DNA of 64,000 nt from NCBI GenBank assembly GCA_003193925.1, contig PSPG01000001.1, forward strand, positions 15,494 to 79,493, in the 5' to 3' direction. The position numbers and the translations under genes were made by a program. The notes under the pieces are model-generated. The model was not told where the DNA came from. It saw only the letters and a program-made list of their open reading frames with translations, and made no database searches. Shown here one piece after another: positions 10,806-20,166 of the stretch; positions within the stretch are counted from its first letter, which is position 1; every line of letters starts with the position of its first letter. Origin of the DNA: Candidatus Thalassarchaeum betae (GTDB taxonomy: Archaea; Thermoplasmatota; Poseidoniia; Poseidoniales; Thalassarchaeaceae).

Positions 10806-11591
10806 CTAGTGGGCGAGTTCGTCGACGGAACTCACGACCAGGGACGGACTCTGTGGAGCCTGCTCCAAGTCCCCTGCTGCAGCCTCACCGCTGAGCACCA
10901 GAATACCGTGAACCCCAGCCCTCTCGGCCATCTCCATGTCGGTGTAGAGCCGATCGCCTATCATGGCGCACTGCTCAGGACGCAGGCCGAGGCCCTCGAC
11001 CTTGTGGAGAATCATCCCGGCGTTCGGCTTGCCGCAGACATGCACGGGTCGCACACCGGTGGCAGCTTCGAAGAGATCCATGTACGCACCACTGTCAGGT
11101 AGCCCTCCGTCGGGCGAGGGGCAGACCGTGTCTGGGTGGCTGGCAACCATCAGCACGCCGTTGTGCAGGTGGATGGTGGCCTTGGCGAGTTTCTCGTAGG
11201 TGATTTCGGTGTCATAACCAAGAACGACGTACTGAGGAGCATCCGAATTCGTCGTGACTCCAGAATCCTCCAGCATTCCCCGCATGCCTTCGGTCCCCAC
11301 CAGATAGGTCTCGGTGACGCCTTCGGAAGACAGCCACGAGAGCAGGTCGTGCGTCGAAAGGAGAACCTCATCAGCCTCGGCGGCGATTCCCAGGCCTCGG
11401 AGTTTGGAGAGGTACTGAGATACCGAACGACTCGAGTTGTTGGAGAGGAAGAACCTGTGTATCCCTCGCGACTCTATCCTCCCTAGGAAGTCCAGCGCGC
11501 CGGCGACGAGAGTTTCCCCGAGGTAAATGGTGCCGTCGAGGTCGAGGAACACAGCCTCTATGCCATCGAGCGTAGCATCCAGTTCGGCCAT
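10806..11591 (-). CDS. HAD-IIA (NagD-like) phosphatase
   Basis: DLDGT, LSNNS, CGKP and IGDRLYTD motifs. Confidence 0.9.
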   Translation of the reverse strand: MAELDATLDGIEAVFLDLDGTIYLGETLVAGALDFLGRIESRGIHRFFLSNNSSRSVSQYLSKLRGLGIAAEADEVLLSTHDLLSWLSSEGVTETYLVGTEGMRGMLEDSGVTTNSDAPQYVVLGYDTEITYEKLAKATIHLHNGVLMVASHPDTVCPSPDGGLPDSGAYMDLFEAATGVRPVHVCGKPNAGMILHKVEGLGLRPEQCAMIGDRLYTDMEMAERAGVHGILVLSGEAAAGDLEQAPQSPSLVVSSVDELAH

Positions 11592-11600
11592 CCAGTCACC

Positions 11601-13007
11601 TCAAGGTAGCAGCAGGGCCTTGGCGAGAAACCAGGGGCTCCAGAGCACGGTCTGGGTCTCCTTGCTGGCAATCATCTCGGTCATCATATCTCTTATCTCC
11701 TGCTTCTTGGCCGATCTCTTCACGAACCAGTTCATCAGGCGCTTCCACTTGACCAGTTTCTGCAGGTGGTAAGAGTTGGTCAACTCACCACCCAATGAAT
11801 CCCATATTTCAGTCATGTACTCAACAGCTAGATTCTCCGGGAAGCCATTTGAGTGAGCCTCCCGATCGAAGTACTTCGAGGTCATTTTAGCCGTCATCAG
11901 CGCGTTGCCGATTCCCTCCCCACTGAATGGGTCGACGAGGCTCGCCGCATCACCGATGCACATCGCGCCGGCCATAGCTGAACGCCGAGGCTGGTAGGAA
12001 GGCGCGTTCTTACGAGGTGAGCCGAACGGCAGTTGCCATCCCATCCCCGAACCAGGAACGAGGCGCGCGTTAGCGAACCGCCGCTTGAATTGGGGATGAT
12101 CCTCAGTCACGAACTTCTGCATCTTCCTGATCGACCTCTGGATTCCCTTCTGCTTACGCTGCTCGGCTATGACCATGCCTATGCCCACGTTTACCACCCC
12201 CTCGCTCACCGGGAAGAGCCAGAAGTAACCGGGAATCACCCCTTCGACGAAGTGGATCTCAATCGGCCCACTCGTCCCCGAGAAGCCTTCGACGTTCTCC
12301 CAGTACTCGCGGTAGGCGCCACAGTAGTGCTCGTCATCCCTCATAGGCTCGCCGTGCACCCCCTCACACACCATGGTGGCCACTGGGCAGTTGTACCCAC
12401 CAGCCCCGACTGTGAGGGGCGCGTCGAACGAGTAGTCCGGGCCTTCCGAGCGCATGCCGCCGAACTTTCCGGTGACGCCGATTATCCTAGCGCCCCCGGC
12501 TTCACTTTCGTGCCTGACCTCTGTGACCGCGAATCCCTGGATTACCGAGCCACCACTCTCCAGCACCAACTCGGTGGCTCGCTTGAACATCATGTAGTCG
12601 AACTGAATCCTCGGCAGGGCGTAGCCTGCCTGCATCTTCTCGTAGCTCTCCTCCGGTAGCATGACCCGGATCTCCGAGCCGTTGGCGCTGCCGAAGACGA
12701 TGGAGTCGACGCGGAAGTGGGGGGTGGCCTCAATCATCTCCTTCACACCCAACTCCTCCACATGGACGAGCGATTTGCCGCCGACCGCGTCGCCGCACGC
12801 CTTGTCTCGCGGCCAGATACCTTTCTCGATGAGCAGGACCCTGCAACCGTTCATCGCGTTGTAGGAGGCGGCTGCCGAGCCTCCTGGCCCCCCTCCTACC
12901 ACGATGACATCGAAGTGAGTGCCGCTTTCCGGGACCTCTCCCGTGTCGATTGGCAGAGTCCACTCCTGCACGGCCTCACCGTACCTTGGCTCAGGGACAA
13001 CATCCAT
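11601..13007 (-). CDS. Geranylgeranyl reductase family flavoprotein
   Basis: GGGPGG, PRDKACGD, PGYFWLFP, GDAASLVDPFSGEGI. Confidence 0.88.
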   Translation of the reverse strand: MDVVPEPRYGEAVQEWTLPIDTGEVPESGTHFDVIVVGGGPGGSAAASYNAMNGCRVLLIEKGIWPRDKACGDAVGGKSLVHVEELGVKEMIEATPHFRVDSIVFGSANGSEIRVMLPEESYEKMQAGYALPRIQFDYMMFKRATELVLESGGSVIQGFAVTEVRHESEAGGARIIGVTGKFGGMRSEGPDYSFDAPLTVGAGGYNCPVATMVCEGVHGEPMRDDEHYCGAYREYWENVEGFSGTSGPIEIHFVEGVIPGYFWLFPVSEGVVNVGIGMVIAEQRKQKGIQRSIRKMQKFVTEDHPQFKRRFANARLVPGSGMGWQLPFGSPRKNAPSYQPRRSAMAGAMCIGDAASLVDPFSGEGIGNALMTAKMTSKYFDREAHSNGFPENLAVEYMTEIWDSLGGELTNSYHLQKLVKWKRLMNWFVKRSAKKQEIRDMMTEMIASKETQTVLWSPWFLAKALLLP

Positions 13008-13054
13008 TCAAAGTATGCCATTGAGTTGATTCGCCACAACCCCTCCGCAGTACC

Positions 13055-13369
13055 ATGAATCAAGCCGTCTGGGTCGTCCAGACCACCCTTCCTGGGGGTT
13101 GGATAGAAGCGGTCGTGGGCGCTTGGTCAGCATCTCTGGTCGAAAGCGGCCTCGCAGCCTGCGTTCAGAGAGATCGAATTACCTCTGTCTACTCGTGGGA
13201 GGGAGCCACTGAGAGTTCCGAGGAATGGCGCATTGAGATCAAGTCCAGCGCAGTCAAGAAGGACGCGCTCATCGAGGCGATTCTAGCCGACCACCCGTAC
13301 GATACCCCGCAGATAGTGGCTTGGGAGGCCAGCAGCACATCCGAGTACTCCGATTGGGTTCAAGGCTGA
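13055..13369 (+). CDS. cutA: Divalent-cation tolerance protein CutA
   Basis: LAACV, SVYSWEG, HPYDTPQI, YSDW. Confidence 0.9.
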   Translation: MNQAVWVVQTTLPGGWIEAVVGAWSASLVESGLAACVQRDRITSVYSWEGATESSEEWRIEIKSSAVKKDALIEAILADHPYDTPQIVAWEASSTSEYSDWVQG

Positions 13370-13385
13370 AGCCTCATCGTGGGCT

Positions 13386-14066
13386 ATGGGTTTACCCTCT
13401 TTCCTCCGACCAGCGAAGGAAGTTCCTACCACGTGGTGGAGCGCGGACGACCCGATGACCACGAGGCCACGCCCACAGAGCCTCGTCATCCTAATCTTCG
13501 GTCTTTGGGTCTTCGGCACCGGAGACGCCATCCTGATCGCCGCGGGAATCGGCAACACGCCGTGGACGGTTCTGGCCGAGGGAATCGCCATCAACATCGG
13601 TCGGTCGGTCGGTCAAGCGACTTTCCTAGTCAGCATCATCGTGCTCTTCCTGTGGATTCCACTGAAGGAGAAACCGGGTATCGGGACCATACTCAATGTC
13701 ATCTTCATCGCCGCCGCGATCGAGGTCATGGTGCCTCGTCTGCCGACCCCCGATAACCTAGGAGTCGCCCTCTTGCAGGTACTCGCAGGGATACTTCTCA
13801 TCGGCATTGGGAGCAGTATCTACCTCACTGCAAATCTGGGACCGGGTCCGAGAGACGGCTGGATGACCGGGCTACAGAGGATGTCCGGCGTTCCAATCAG
13901 TAGGGTCAGAGGCATCATAGAAGTGTGTGTTCTGGCTCTCGGTTGGCTCCTAGGCGGCACTTTCTGGGTAGGTACCATCCTCTTCGCCATCCTCATCGGC
14001 CCAGTCGTCGGAATTTGCCTCAACATCGCAGGCCGACTGGGGCAGCCGGGTGAGGTTCATGGCTGA
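13386..14066 (+). CDS. YczE/YyaS/YitT family membrane protein
   Basis: GNTPW, GIGTILN, LGPGPRDG, GGTFWVGT repeat structure. Confidence 0.85.
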   Translation: MGLPSFLRPAKEVPTTWWSADDPMTTRPRPQSLVILIFGLWVFGTGDAILIAAGIGNTPWTVLAEGIAINIGRSVGQATFLVSIIVLFLWIPLKEKPGIGTILNVIFIAAAIEVMVPRLPTPDNLGVALLQVLAGILLIGIGSSIYLTANLGPGPRDGWMTGLQRMSGVPISRVRGIIEVCVLALGWLLGGTFWVGTILFAILIGPVVGICLNIAGRLGQPGEVHG

Positions 14067-14084
14067 ACCCCCTCAGGCCGGGGC

Positions 14085-15146
14085 ATGGGAGGGCACGGCG
14101 TGATACGCCGCTACCGCAGCTTTCTCCCGGTTTCCGATGACACACCGGTGGTCTCTTTGAACGAGGGCGGCACCCCTCTGATTGAGACACCAGAAATCGT
14201 CAGCGCGCTCGGCGGAGATTTCCAACTCTTCGTGAAGTATGAGGGCCTGAACCCCACAGCCTCGTTCAAGGACAGGGGAATGACTCTGGCGGTGTCCAAG
14301 GCAGTCGAGCGAGGTGCGCGCATCGTTGTATGCGCGAGCACCGGGAACACCAGCGCATCGGCCGCTGCCTACGCCGCTCGCGCAGGGATGAGGTGCCTGG
14401 TGCTGATCCCAGAGGGCAAGATAGCCTTCGGCAAGATGGCGCAGGCGCTGATACACGGCGCCCTGACCCTCGAGGTCAGGGGCAATTTCGACGACGCCCT
14501 CGAGATCGTCAGAGAGCTTGGCAAGAGGGACGACATCGAGGTGGTGAACAGCATCAACCCATATCGGATTCAAGGTCAGAAGACAGCTTCCTTCGAAGTC
14601 TGCGACAGCCTTGGAGAAGCCCCAGACATGCATTTCCTCCCGGTTGGCAACGCAGGCAACATCACTGCCTACTGGATGGGTTACAAGGAGTACCGTGATG
14701 CTGGTAACTGCTCCAAGCTGCCTCGGATGATGGGTTGGCAGGCCGAGGGGGCGGCACCGATTGTCCGCGGCACCCCCATCGAGAGCCCCGAGACAGTGGC
14801 TTCTGCGATTCGCATTGGCAACCCCTCGAGCTGGGAGCACGCGGTCAACGCGGCTTCCGAGTCGTCGGGCGCGATAGACATGGTCAGTGACGAGGAGATC
14901 CTCGACGCGCAAAGGATGCTGGCTAGGACGGCCGGCATCTTTGTCGAACCAGCCTCAGCAGCAGGCATAGCAGGCATCGTCAAGTGCCACACTGGAGGCG
15001 GCATACCGAACGGCAGCACGGTTGTCGTTACGGTGACCGGCCACGGCTTGAAGGACCCTGATGTGGCAGTCGAGAACTCGAGGGCCGAGTCAATCATCGT
15101 CGACGCTGATATGGACTCGGTGCTGGTCGCGATAGGCCTTGACTAG
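14085..15146 (+). CDS. thrC: Threonine synthase
   Basis: EGLNPTASFKDRG (PLP Lys), ASTGNTS, PVGNAGN, EPASAA, TGHGLKD. Confidence 0.93.
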   Translation: MGGHGVIRRYRSFLPVSDDTPVVSLNEGGTPLIETPEIVSALGGDFQLFVKYEGLNPTASFKDRGMTLAVSKAVERGARIVVCASTGNTSASAAAYAARAGMRCLVLIPEGKIAFGKMAQALIHGALTLEVRGNFDDALEIVRELGKRDDIEVVNSINPYRIQGQKTASFEVCDSLGEAPDMHFLPVGNAGNITAYWMGYKEYRDAGNCSKLPRMMGWQAEGAAPIVRGTPIESPETVASAIRIGNPSSWEHAVNAASESSGAIDMVSDEEILDAQRMLARTAGIFVEPASAAGIAGIVKCHTGGGIPNGSTVVVTVTGHGLKDPDVAVENSRAESIIVDADMDSVLVAIGLD

Positions 15147-15613
15147 CGCAGAGGCCAAGCCTCGCCCTCGAAGCTGTAGAACGAGACGAGGGTCTGTGTG
15201 TGTCCGACGCCGGGGATGGCTGACAGGTCATCGAGAATCGAGTCCCCCAAATCCTCCATGTTCCTCGCGAGCACCTCGATGATGAAGTCCCACTGCCCGG
15301 TGACGATGTGGCATCCGATAACGAACGGCATGCCGCAGATCTCCTCAGCCACGTCCCTCCTATCGGTGTGCCCTCTCTCGCCGGCCCAATTCGCAAGGAT
15401 GTAGGCGTGGAGCTGCCAGCCCAGTTCCACCTTCCCCAGCTCCACGGTGAAGCGCTTCACGACCCCCCTCTCCTGGAGGCGCCGGATGCGGTCGTGCACG
15501 GTCACCCTCGGCATCCCAAGAGCGTCTGCGATCGCCTGTGTACTGGCTCTGGCGTCCTCTTCGAGAATGGCGACGATTCGAGCGTCTTTGTTGTCCAGTT
15601 CGGATAACGGCAT
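15143..15613 (-). CDS. Lrp/AsnC family transcriptional regulator
   Basis: N-terminal HTH LDNKDARIVAILEEDARAS...RIRRLQERGVV; RAM domain VTGQWDF. Confidence 0.92.
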   Translation of the reverse strand: MPLSELDNKDARIVAILEEDARASTQAIADALGMPRVTVHDRIRRLQERGVVKRFTVELGKVELGWQLHAYILANWAGERGHTDRRDVAEEICGMPFVIGCHIVTGQWDFIIEVLARNMEDLGDSILDDLSAIPGVGHTQTLVSFYSFEGEAWPLR

Positions 15614-15648
15614 GATTATCGGAATTGACGGTAGATAATAACATATTC

Positions 15649-15736
15649 CGACGATTTGTCGAATATTCTCAATATATCTGTCTTTTATTCGACAATTTCT
15701 GTAATTTACCGGCGCATAGTTGATGACCTTTTGTCG
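15649..15736. promoter_or_regulatory. Three candidate Lrp/FFRP operator boxes in the divergent promoter region
   Basis: CGACG-ATT-TGTCG (15649-61), CGACA-ATT-TCTGT (15690-702) and TGACC-TTT-TGTCG (15724-36) in an AT-rich intergenic region. Confidence 0.5.
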
Positions 15737-15748
15737 TGTCGGAGGGTC

Positions 15749-16951
15749 GTGAGCGACAAGTACACCGACAAGCGATTCGCGACGCGAGCAATCTGGTCAG
15801 GGACGCAGAACATCGATGGCTCTGCGACCACACCGGTCTTCCTCACCTCGACCTACCAACTCACCGACGAACGCTATCAGGGATGGGCAGATGGTGCACA
15901 GCACACGGCGTTGTACAGCCGCCTGTCAAGCATCAATTCCGAAGCCGTCGCTGCGAAGGTAGCCGCACTCGAGGGCGCGGAGGACGGCGAGGCCTTCGCC
16001 AGCGGCATGTCCGCAATCTCGACCACGCTTCTGGCACTGCTCTCCAAGGACGACCACATGGTCGCCAGCGCCGACTGCTACGGCGGAACCTATGGCTTCA
16101 TGACCGAGGATCTGCCCCGCTTCGGGATCGAGGTATCGATGGCGGACATGCGCGACCCCTCGTCCTACGAGGCCGCTATACAGGATAACACCAAGATCCT
16201 CTACGTCGAGACCCTCACCAATCCGGTGCTGAAGGTCTGCGACCTCGAGGCGATGGCCGCAATCGCGAACAAGCACGGACTCATCGCCATCGTCGACAAC
16301 ACGTTCGCAACGCCATGGGCGTGCAATCCAATCTCCATGGGCTTCGATTTGGTTGTCCACTCCGGGACCAAGTACCTCGGCGGGCACTCCGATCTCATCG
16401 CAGGAATCGTGGTGGGTCGCAAGGACCTGATTTTTGAGATTTTCAGAAGGAAGGTCCACTTAGGAGGCGCTGCAGACCCGCACATGTGCTATCTGCTTGA
16501 GCGAGGGATGAGGACTCTGCACGCGAGGATGCCGATTCACGCTGCCAACGCCGCCGAGCTCGCGCGGAGGCTCGAGGCCCATCCCATGATCGAGAGAGTG
16601 AACCACACCTCGCTGCCGAGTTACGCCGACTACGAGGTCGCGCAGCGAATCATGCCAGCGGGCAGTGGCATGCTTTCCTACGTCGTTATGGGCGGCGACG
16701 AGGCCGCCCTGCGATACATACGAACCCTCGAACTCATCTTCGAGGCCACTAGCCTTGGAGGGGTCGAGAGCTTGGTAGAGTGCCCGTTCAACACGAGCCA
16801 CATGTTCGTGCCAGAGGAGGTCCGCAGGGAGGCCGGAGTCATACCCGGCTTCGTGAGGATGAGCGTCGGCATCGAAGACATCGAGGACCTGTGGGCCGAT
16901 ATGGAGCAGGCGCTCGTCGCTGCTAACGCCTTCCTCGAATCCCGAGCTTGA
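15749..16951 (+). CDS. Cys/Met metabolism PLP enzyme (cystathionine gamma-synthase/lyase or methionine gamma-lyase family)
   Basis: FASGMSAI, VDNTFATP, HSGTKYLGGHSD, SLGGVESL, RMSVGIED; GTG start after GGAGG. Confidence 0.9.
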   Translation: MSDKYTDKRFATRAIWSGTQNIDGSATTPVFLTSTYQLTDERYQGWADGAQHTALYSRLSSINSEAVAAKVAALEGAEDGEAFASGMSAISTTLLALLSKDDHMVASADCYGGTYGFMTEDLPRFGIEVSMADMRDPSSYEAAIQDNTKILYVETLTNPVLKVCDLEAMAAIANKHGLIAIVDNTFATPWACNPISMGFDLVVHSGTKYLGGHSDLIAGIVVGRKDLIFEIFRRKVHLGGAADPHMCYLLERGMRTLHARMPIHAANAAELARRLEAHPMIERVNHTSLPSYADYEVAQRIMPAGSGMLSYVVMGGDEAALRYIRTLELIFEATSLGGVESLVECPFNTSHMFVPEEVRREAGVIPGFVRMSVGIEDIEDLWADMEQALVAANAFLESRA

Positions 16952-16960
16952 GGCTCCTTC

Positions 16961-17560
16961 ATGGACACCGAGTTGCTGGTGGCCACGCTCGTCTTCATCA
17001 TACCAATGTGCTTCACACCCGGACCGAACAACGTACTGTGCGCGGCCCACGGCTCTCAGCATGGCCTGAGAGGAACCATGCCTCTGATAACTGGCATGGC
17101 GATAGGCTGGTCCTCTCTAGGGCTTTTCGTCGGAGCTGCTACGGTCTTCATCGAGGAGAACGAGTCGTTCTTCAGCCTGCTCACATACGTCGGTGCCGCC
17201 TACATCGCATATCTGGCATACAAGATCGCGACAGCCAAGCCGATTACCGACGAGGAACAGTCGAGTGAGCGTCTTGGTGTGATAACCGGAATCGTTCTAC
17301 AGGTCGTCAATGGCAAGGCATGGATCCACTTCCTCGTTCTTATGACGGCATTCGGAAGCCTGTTCGGGGCGGGCTTTGAGGGCAAGGTGGCCCTTGTTCT
17401 CCTCAACTTGCTCTTCGGTCTGCCCGCGGTGACGTGCTGGGCCGCCTTCGGCACTCTCTTGAGGCGCGCTTTCAGCAATCCCTCCTCAGCGAGGAATCTG
17501 AATCGTGCGATGGGGCTCTCCCTGTTCGCAGTGGCGGCCTGGATTGTCCTCTCGCATTAG
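16961..17560 (+). CDS. LysE family translocator (EamB-like)
   Basis: TPGPNN motif, LQVVNGKAW, hydrophobic. Confidence 0.85.
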   Translation: MDTELLVATLVFIIPMCFTPGPNNVLCAAHGSQHGLRGTMPLITGMAIGWSSLGLFVGAATVFIEENESFFSLLTYVGAAYIAYLAYKIATAKPITDEEQSSERLGVITGIVLQVVNGKAWIHFLVLMTAFGSLFGAGFEGKVALVLLNLLFGLPAVTCWAAFGTLLRRAFSNPSSARNLNRAMGLSLFAVAAWIVLSH

Positions 17561-19261
17561 TCAGGGCATCGGGCCCGCACCGCTGGCTTCGGCGAGCCAC
17601 CTCATGGCAGCCTCGTAGTCCTGAGCCGCATCGAGGTTATCCTTCAGCAACAGGTCCTCCGCTGCGTCCCACAGTGCTCGCATGGCCGGCACCCAGTCAC
17701 CGCCCTTGTCCCGACTGGCTTCGTCGAAGCGCCAGGCATCCGACTCCGTCCTCTCGTGAACGTTGAGCCAAGCCCAGCCCATCGCCATCTCAAGGCCCTT
17801 GCCTTTGCGCGCTTTGGATACAGTCGCAGCGACTCCGTTCTCGACGGCATGGCGCACCAGAGCATCAGCGAAGTCGAGAGGCGAAGGCAAGGCCCCGATC
17901 TCCCATGGCAGCCTCTCTAGGCGCTTGGCTGTGGACAGGCTCTTGCCGAGTTCGCGCAGGAAGGCTCCGAAGCCCTGCTTGCGCTGCATTTGCTTGGCAT
18001 GTATCGCTTCGGCTTCGCTTCCGGATATCCCGTAGATTTCATCCAGTATGGTCAGACCGTGGTCCGGCCACAACGCGACCAGATTGGGGTGACAGGCTGA
18101 ATCCTCGAGACGAATCACATCCTCATCCAGTACCAGTACCAGTCCATCTGTCCTGATGTGGATCCCGGTGTTGAGTGAGTCCAGCACGCAGGCTATGCCC
18201 CTCCTCTCCTCCGAGTTCCCGGCCATGAGCTCTAGGAAACCGTCGCGTCCGTCTTCAGCGAACCAATGCGTGCCGAGGACGTAACCGTCGCTTATCGAGT
18301 TCAGTATGCTGCTTCTGCAAGCCACTGCCAGAGCAGCGTCGTCGAAGGACATCCGAAGCCAAGCAGTGAGGACCTCCTCGAGATTCTCCTCGCCCTCCGC
18401 GGGTAGGGCGCGTCCCTCCGGCCACCCCTTTGGCTTCCACATCCACTCCGCTTCCGCCACATCGCTCAGGCGTGGCGGCATCATACCCATCGCCACGCTT
18501 TGGGCGAACTGCTCCTCGCTCTTGGCCAGAGCAGCCGGCGTCAGGCCGACTACAGTGCCATTGAGAAATTCGAGGCGCAGCCACCCAGAGTCAGTCAACT
18601 CCCGTTCGAGGACAATAGACTCCTCGAGTCCCTTGCTCCACCTGACATCACCACCAGAGAGTTCTATGGAGGCATTGTCCAGACTCCAGTCGACCCACTC
18701 CTCTGGCGGATCCGGCTCACTGCCTGTGAATACGAAGCCACCCTCCCAGGAGAAGAACCACTGTCCTGATTTGGCGTGCTCGTCCCATACCAAGAGGCGC
18801 ATCTTGGAGTGTGTGTGGTTCTGGATTCCAGCTAGGTGGCTCTGCTTCCCGTTGCCCCTGCGGATGTAACTAGATACACCGTAGAGCGGATTCTTGAACA
18901 CGGCAACAGTTGAACGGCCCTCCTCGCTGGCGGCCAGCAGACTGCCGGCCAGAGCGCGGCAGACGGGGTCCCCGCCTTTCTTCGCCATGCGCTTGCGAAG
19001 CCAACGGGGGTCGTTGCGCTTGGCAGCAACTGCGGGGAGTTCCTTCAGGGTCTTGCCCATCTTATCCTTCGAGAAGAAAGAACCGTCAATAGTACCCCTA
19101 ATCTCAGGCACGAACACCTCGGGGTCGTCTAGGAGCTCCTGGAGATTTCTGCCCAGCCGCTGCTGGATTTCCTTGGAGGCCTGCTTGATACCGCGCACGC
19201 GGATTTTCTTGCGGCGGGTCCTATCCCCCGGGAAACGAACCTCTGCCGGTGGTTTCGCCAT
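17561..19261 (-). CDS. Hypothetical protein
   Basis: Long ORF downstream of dph5; start set at MAKPP so it does not overlap dph5; no motif recognised. Confidence 0.7.
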   Translation of the reverse strand: MAKPPAEVRFPGDRTRRKKIRVRGIKQASKEIQQRLGRNLQELLDDPEVFVPEIRGTIDGSFFSKDKMGKTLKELPAVAAKRNDPRWLRKRMAKKGGDPVCRALAGSLLAASEEGRSTVAVFKNPLYGVSSYIRRGNGKQSHLAGIQNHTHSKMRLLVWDEHAKSGQWFFSWEGGFVFTGSEPDPPEEWVDWSLDNASIELSGGDVRWSKGLEESIVLERELTDSGWLRLEFLNGTVVGLTPAALAKSEEQFAQSVAMGMMPPRLSDVAEAEWMWKPKGWPEGRALPAEGEENLEEVLTAWLRMSFDDAALAVACRSSILNSISDGYVLGTHWFAEDGRDGFLELMAGNSEERRGIACVLDSLNTGIHIRTDGLVLVLDEDVIRLEDSACHPNLVALWPDHGLTILDEIYGISGSEAEAIHAKQMQRKQGFGAFLRELGKSLSTAKRLERLPWEIGALPSPLDFADALVRHAVENGVAATVSKARKGKGLEMAMGWAWLNVHERTESDAWRFDEASRDKGGDWVPAMRALWDAAEDLLLKDNLDAAQDYEAAMRWLAEASGAGPMP

Positions 19262-19310
19262 CGTATCCCTGCCTTCGCGAGCCGTGGCCCCCGTTTGAGT
19301 GCGTCGACCT

Positions 19311-20138
19311 TCACCCACCGATTCTGCGGCGCTCGAAGGCCTCTTCCTCCAATCCGTTGAACTCAGTTGGGAGTACGAACGCATGGACCGTCCCCCCCCT
19401 CAACTCGGCCAGATCCCCCAGATGCCCGGACAGCACGCGCTCCTGCTTTGTGCCTAGGTCACTGAGAAGAATCCCGCTCCACTCCCTGACGGGGCGCTCC
19501 AGACTGGCCCGGAGCCCGTCTTCTCCCCCCTCCAGCCGCTCGACCATCTTCTCGAGCAGCCCGACCGCTTCGGCCGGGCTCATGGGTCGGGGCCGCTCGA
19601 CGCCCATCCCAGTGGGGTCGAGATCGAGGAGCACGAGCGAGTGCAGACCACTCTCGAAGTTGTTGCACAGTATCTCCAGAGGCGATGTCGGCAGGTAGTC
19701 CCCGACTGCGAAGGGCAGCGTGACCTGCCTGCCGAAGCGATACGATTGCATTCCCGAGAGGGAGACCGCGAGAGCGGTCACACTCAATCCTGGAATGACA
19801 TAGAAACCGATGCCCTGCTCGGCACATCTGGCTTCCAGATCGATGTGCGTGGTGGCTTGCATCGGGTCACCGACGACGAGCAGTGCCACAGCCTTGCTGC
19901 GCGCGGAGGCAAGCAGCTCCGCAGGCTTCTCCACCTTATCTCGCATGAGTCTCTCCCAAGGGCCAATCACGGATTCGAGGCGCTCCTCCTCCCTCTGGGG
20001 CAGGACCGCTGTGTAACCCTCGAGGTATCGCTTGGAGCAGCCCCGAGCCACGCTGCGGGCACGCTCGGTCATGTGGTCGAGGTCACCCGGTCCGATGCCG
20101 ATCAGCCAGAGGCCGGGAGCGGGCTCATCGTCCGTCAT
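19311..20138 (-). CDS. dph5: Diphthine synthase
   Basis: LIGIG, YLEGYT, VGDPMQATTH, QSYRFGRQVTLP, GLHSLVLLD. Confidence 0.92.
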   Translation of the reverse strand: MTDDEPAPGLWLIGIGPGDLDHMTERARSVARGCSKRYLEGYTAVLPQREEERLESVIGPWERLMRDKVEKPAELLASARSKAVALLVVGDPMQATTHIDLEARCAEQGIGFYVIPGLSVTALAVSLSGMQSYRFGRQVTLPFAVGDYLPTSPLEILCNNFESGLHSLVLLDLDPTGMGVERPRPMSPAEAVGLLEKMVERLEGGEDGLRASLERPVREWSGILLSDLGTKQERVLSGHLGDLAELRGGTVHAFVLPTEFNGLEEEAFERRRIGG

Positions 20139-20166
20139 GGTGAAGCGGGCTGCCCCGCTGCCCGTC

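Noticed and set aside
13597-13614. (TCGG)n microsatellite in the YczE-like gene
   Set aside because: Only about four units, in frame, encoding ordinary residues; no sign of phase variation
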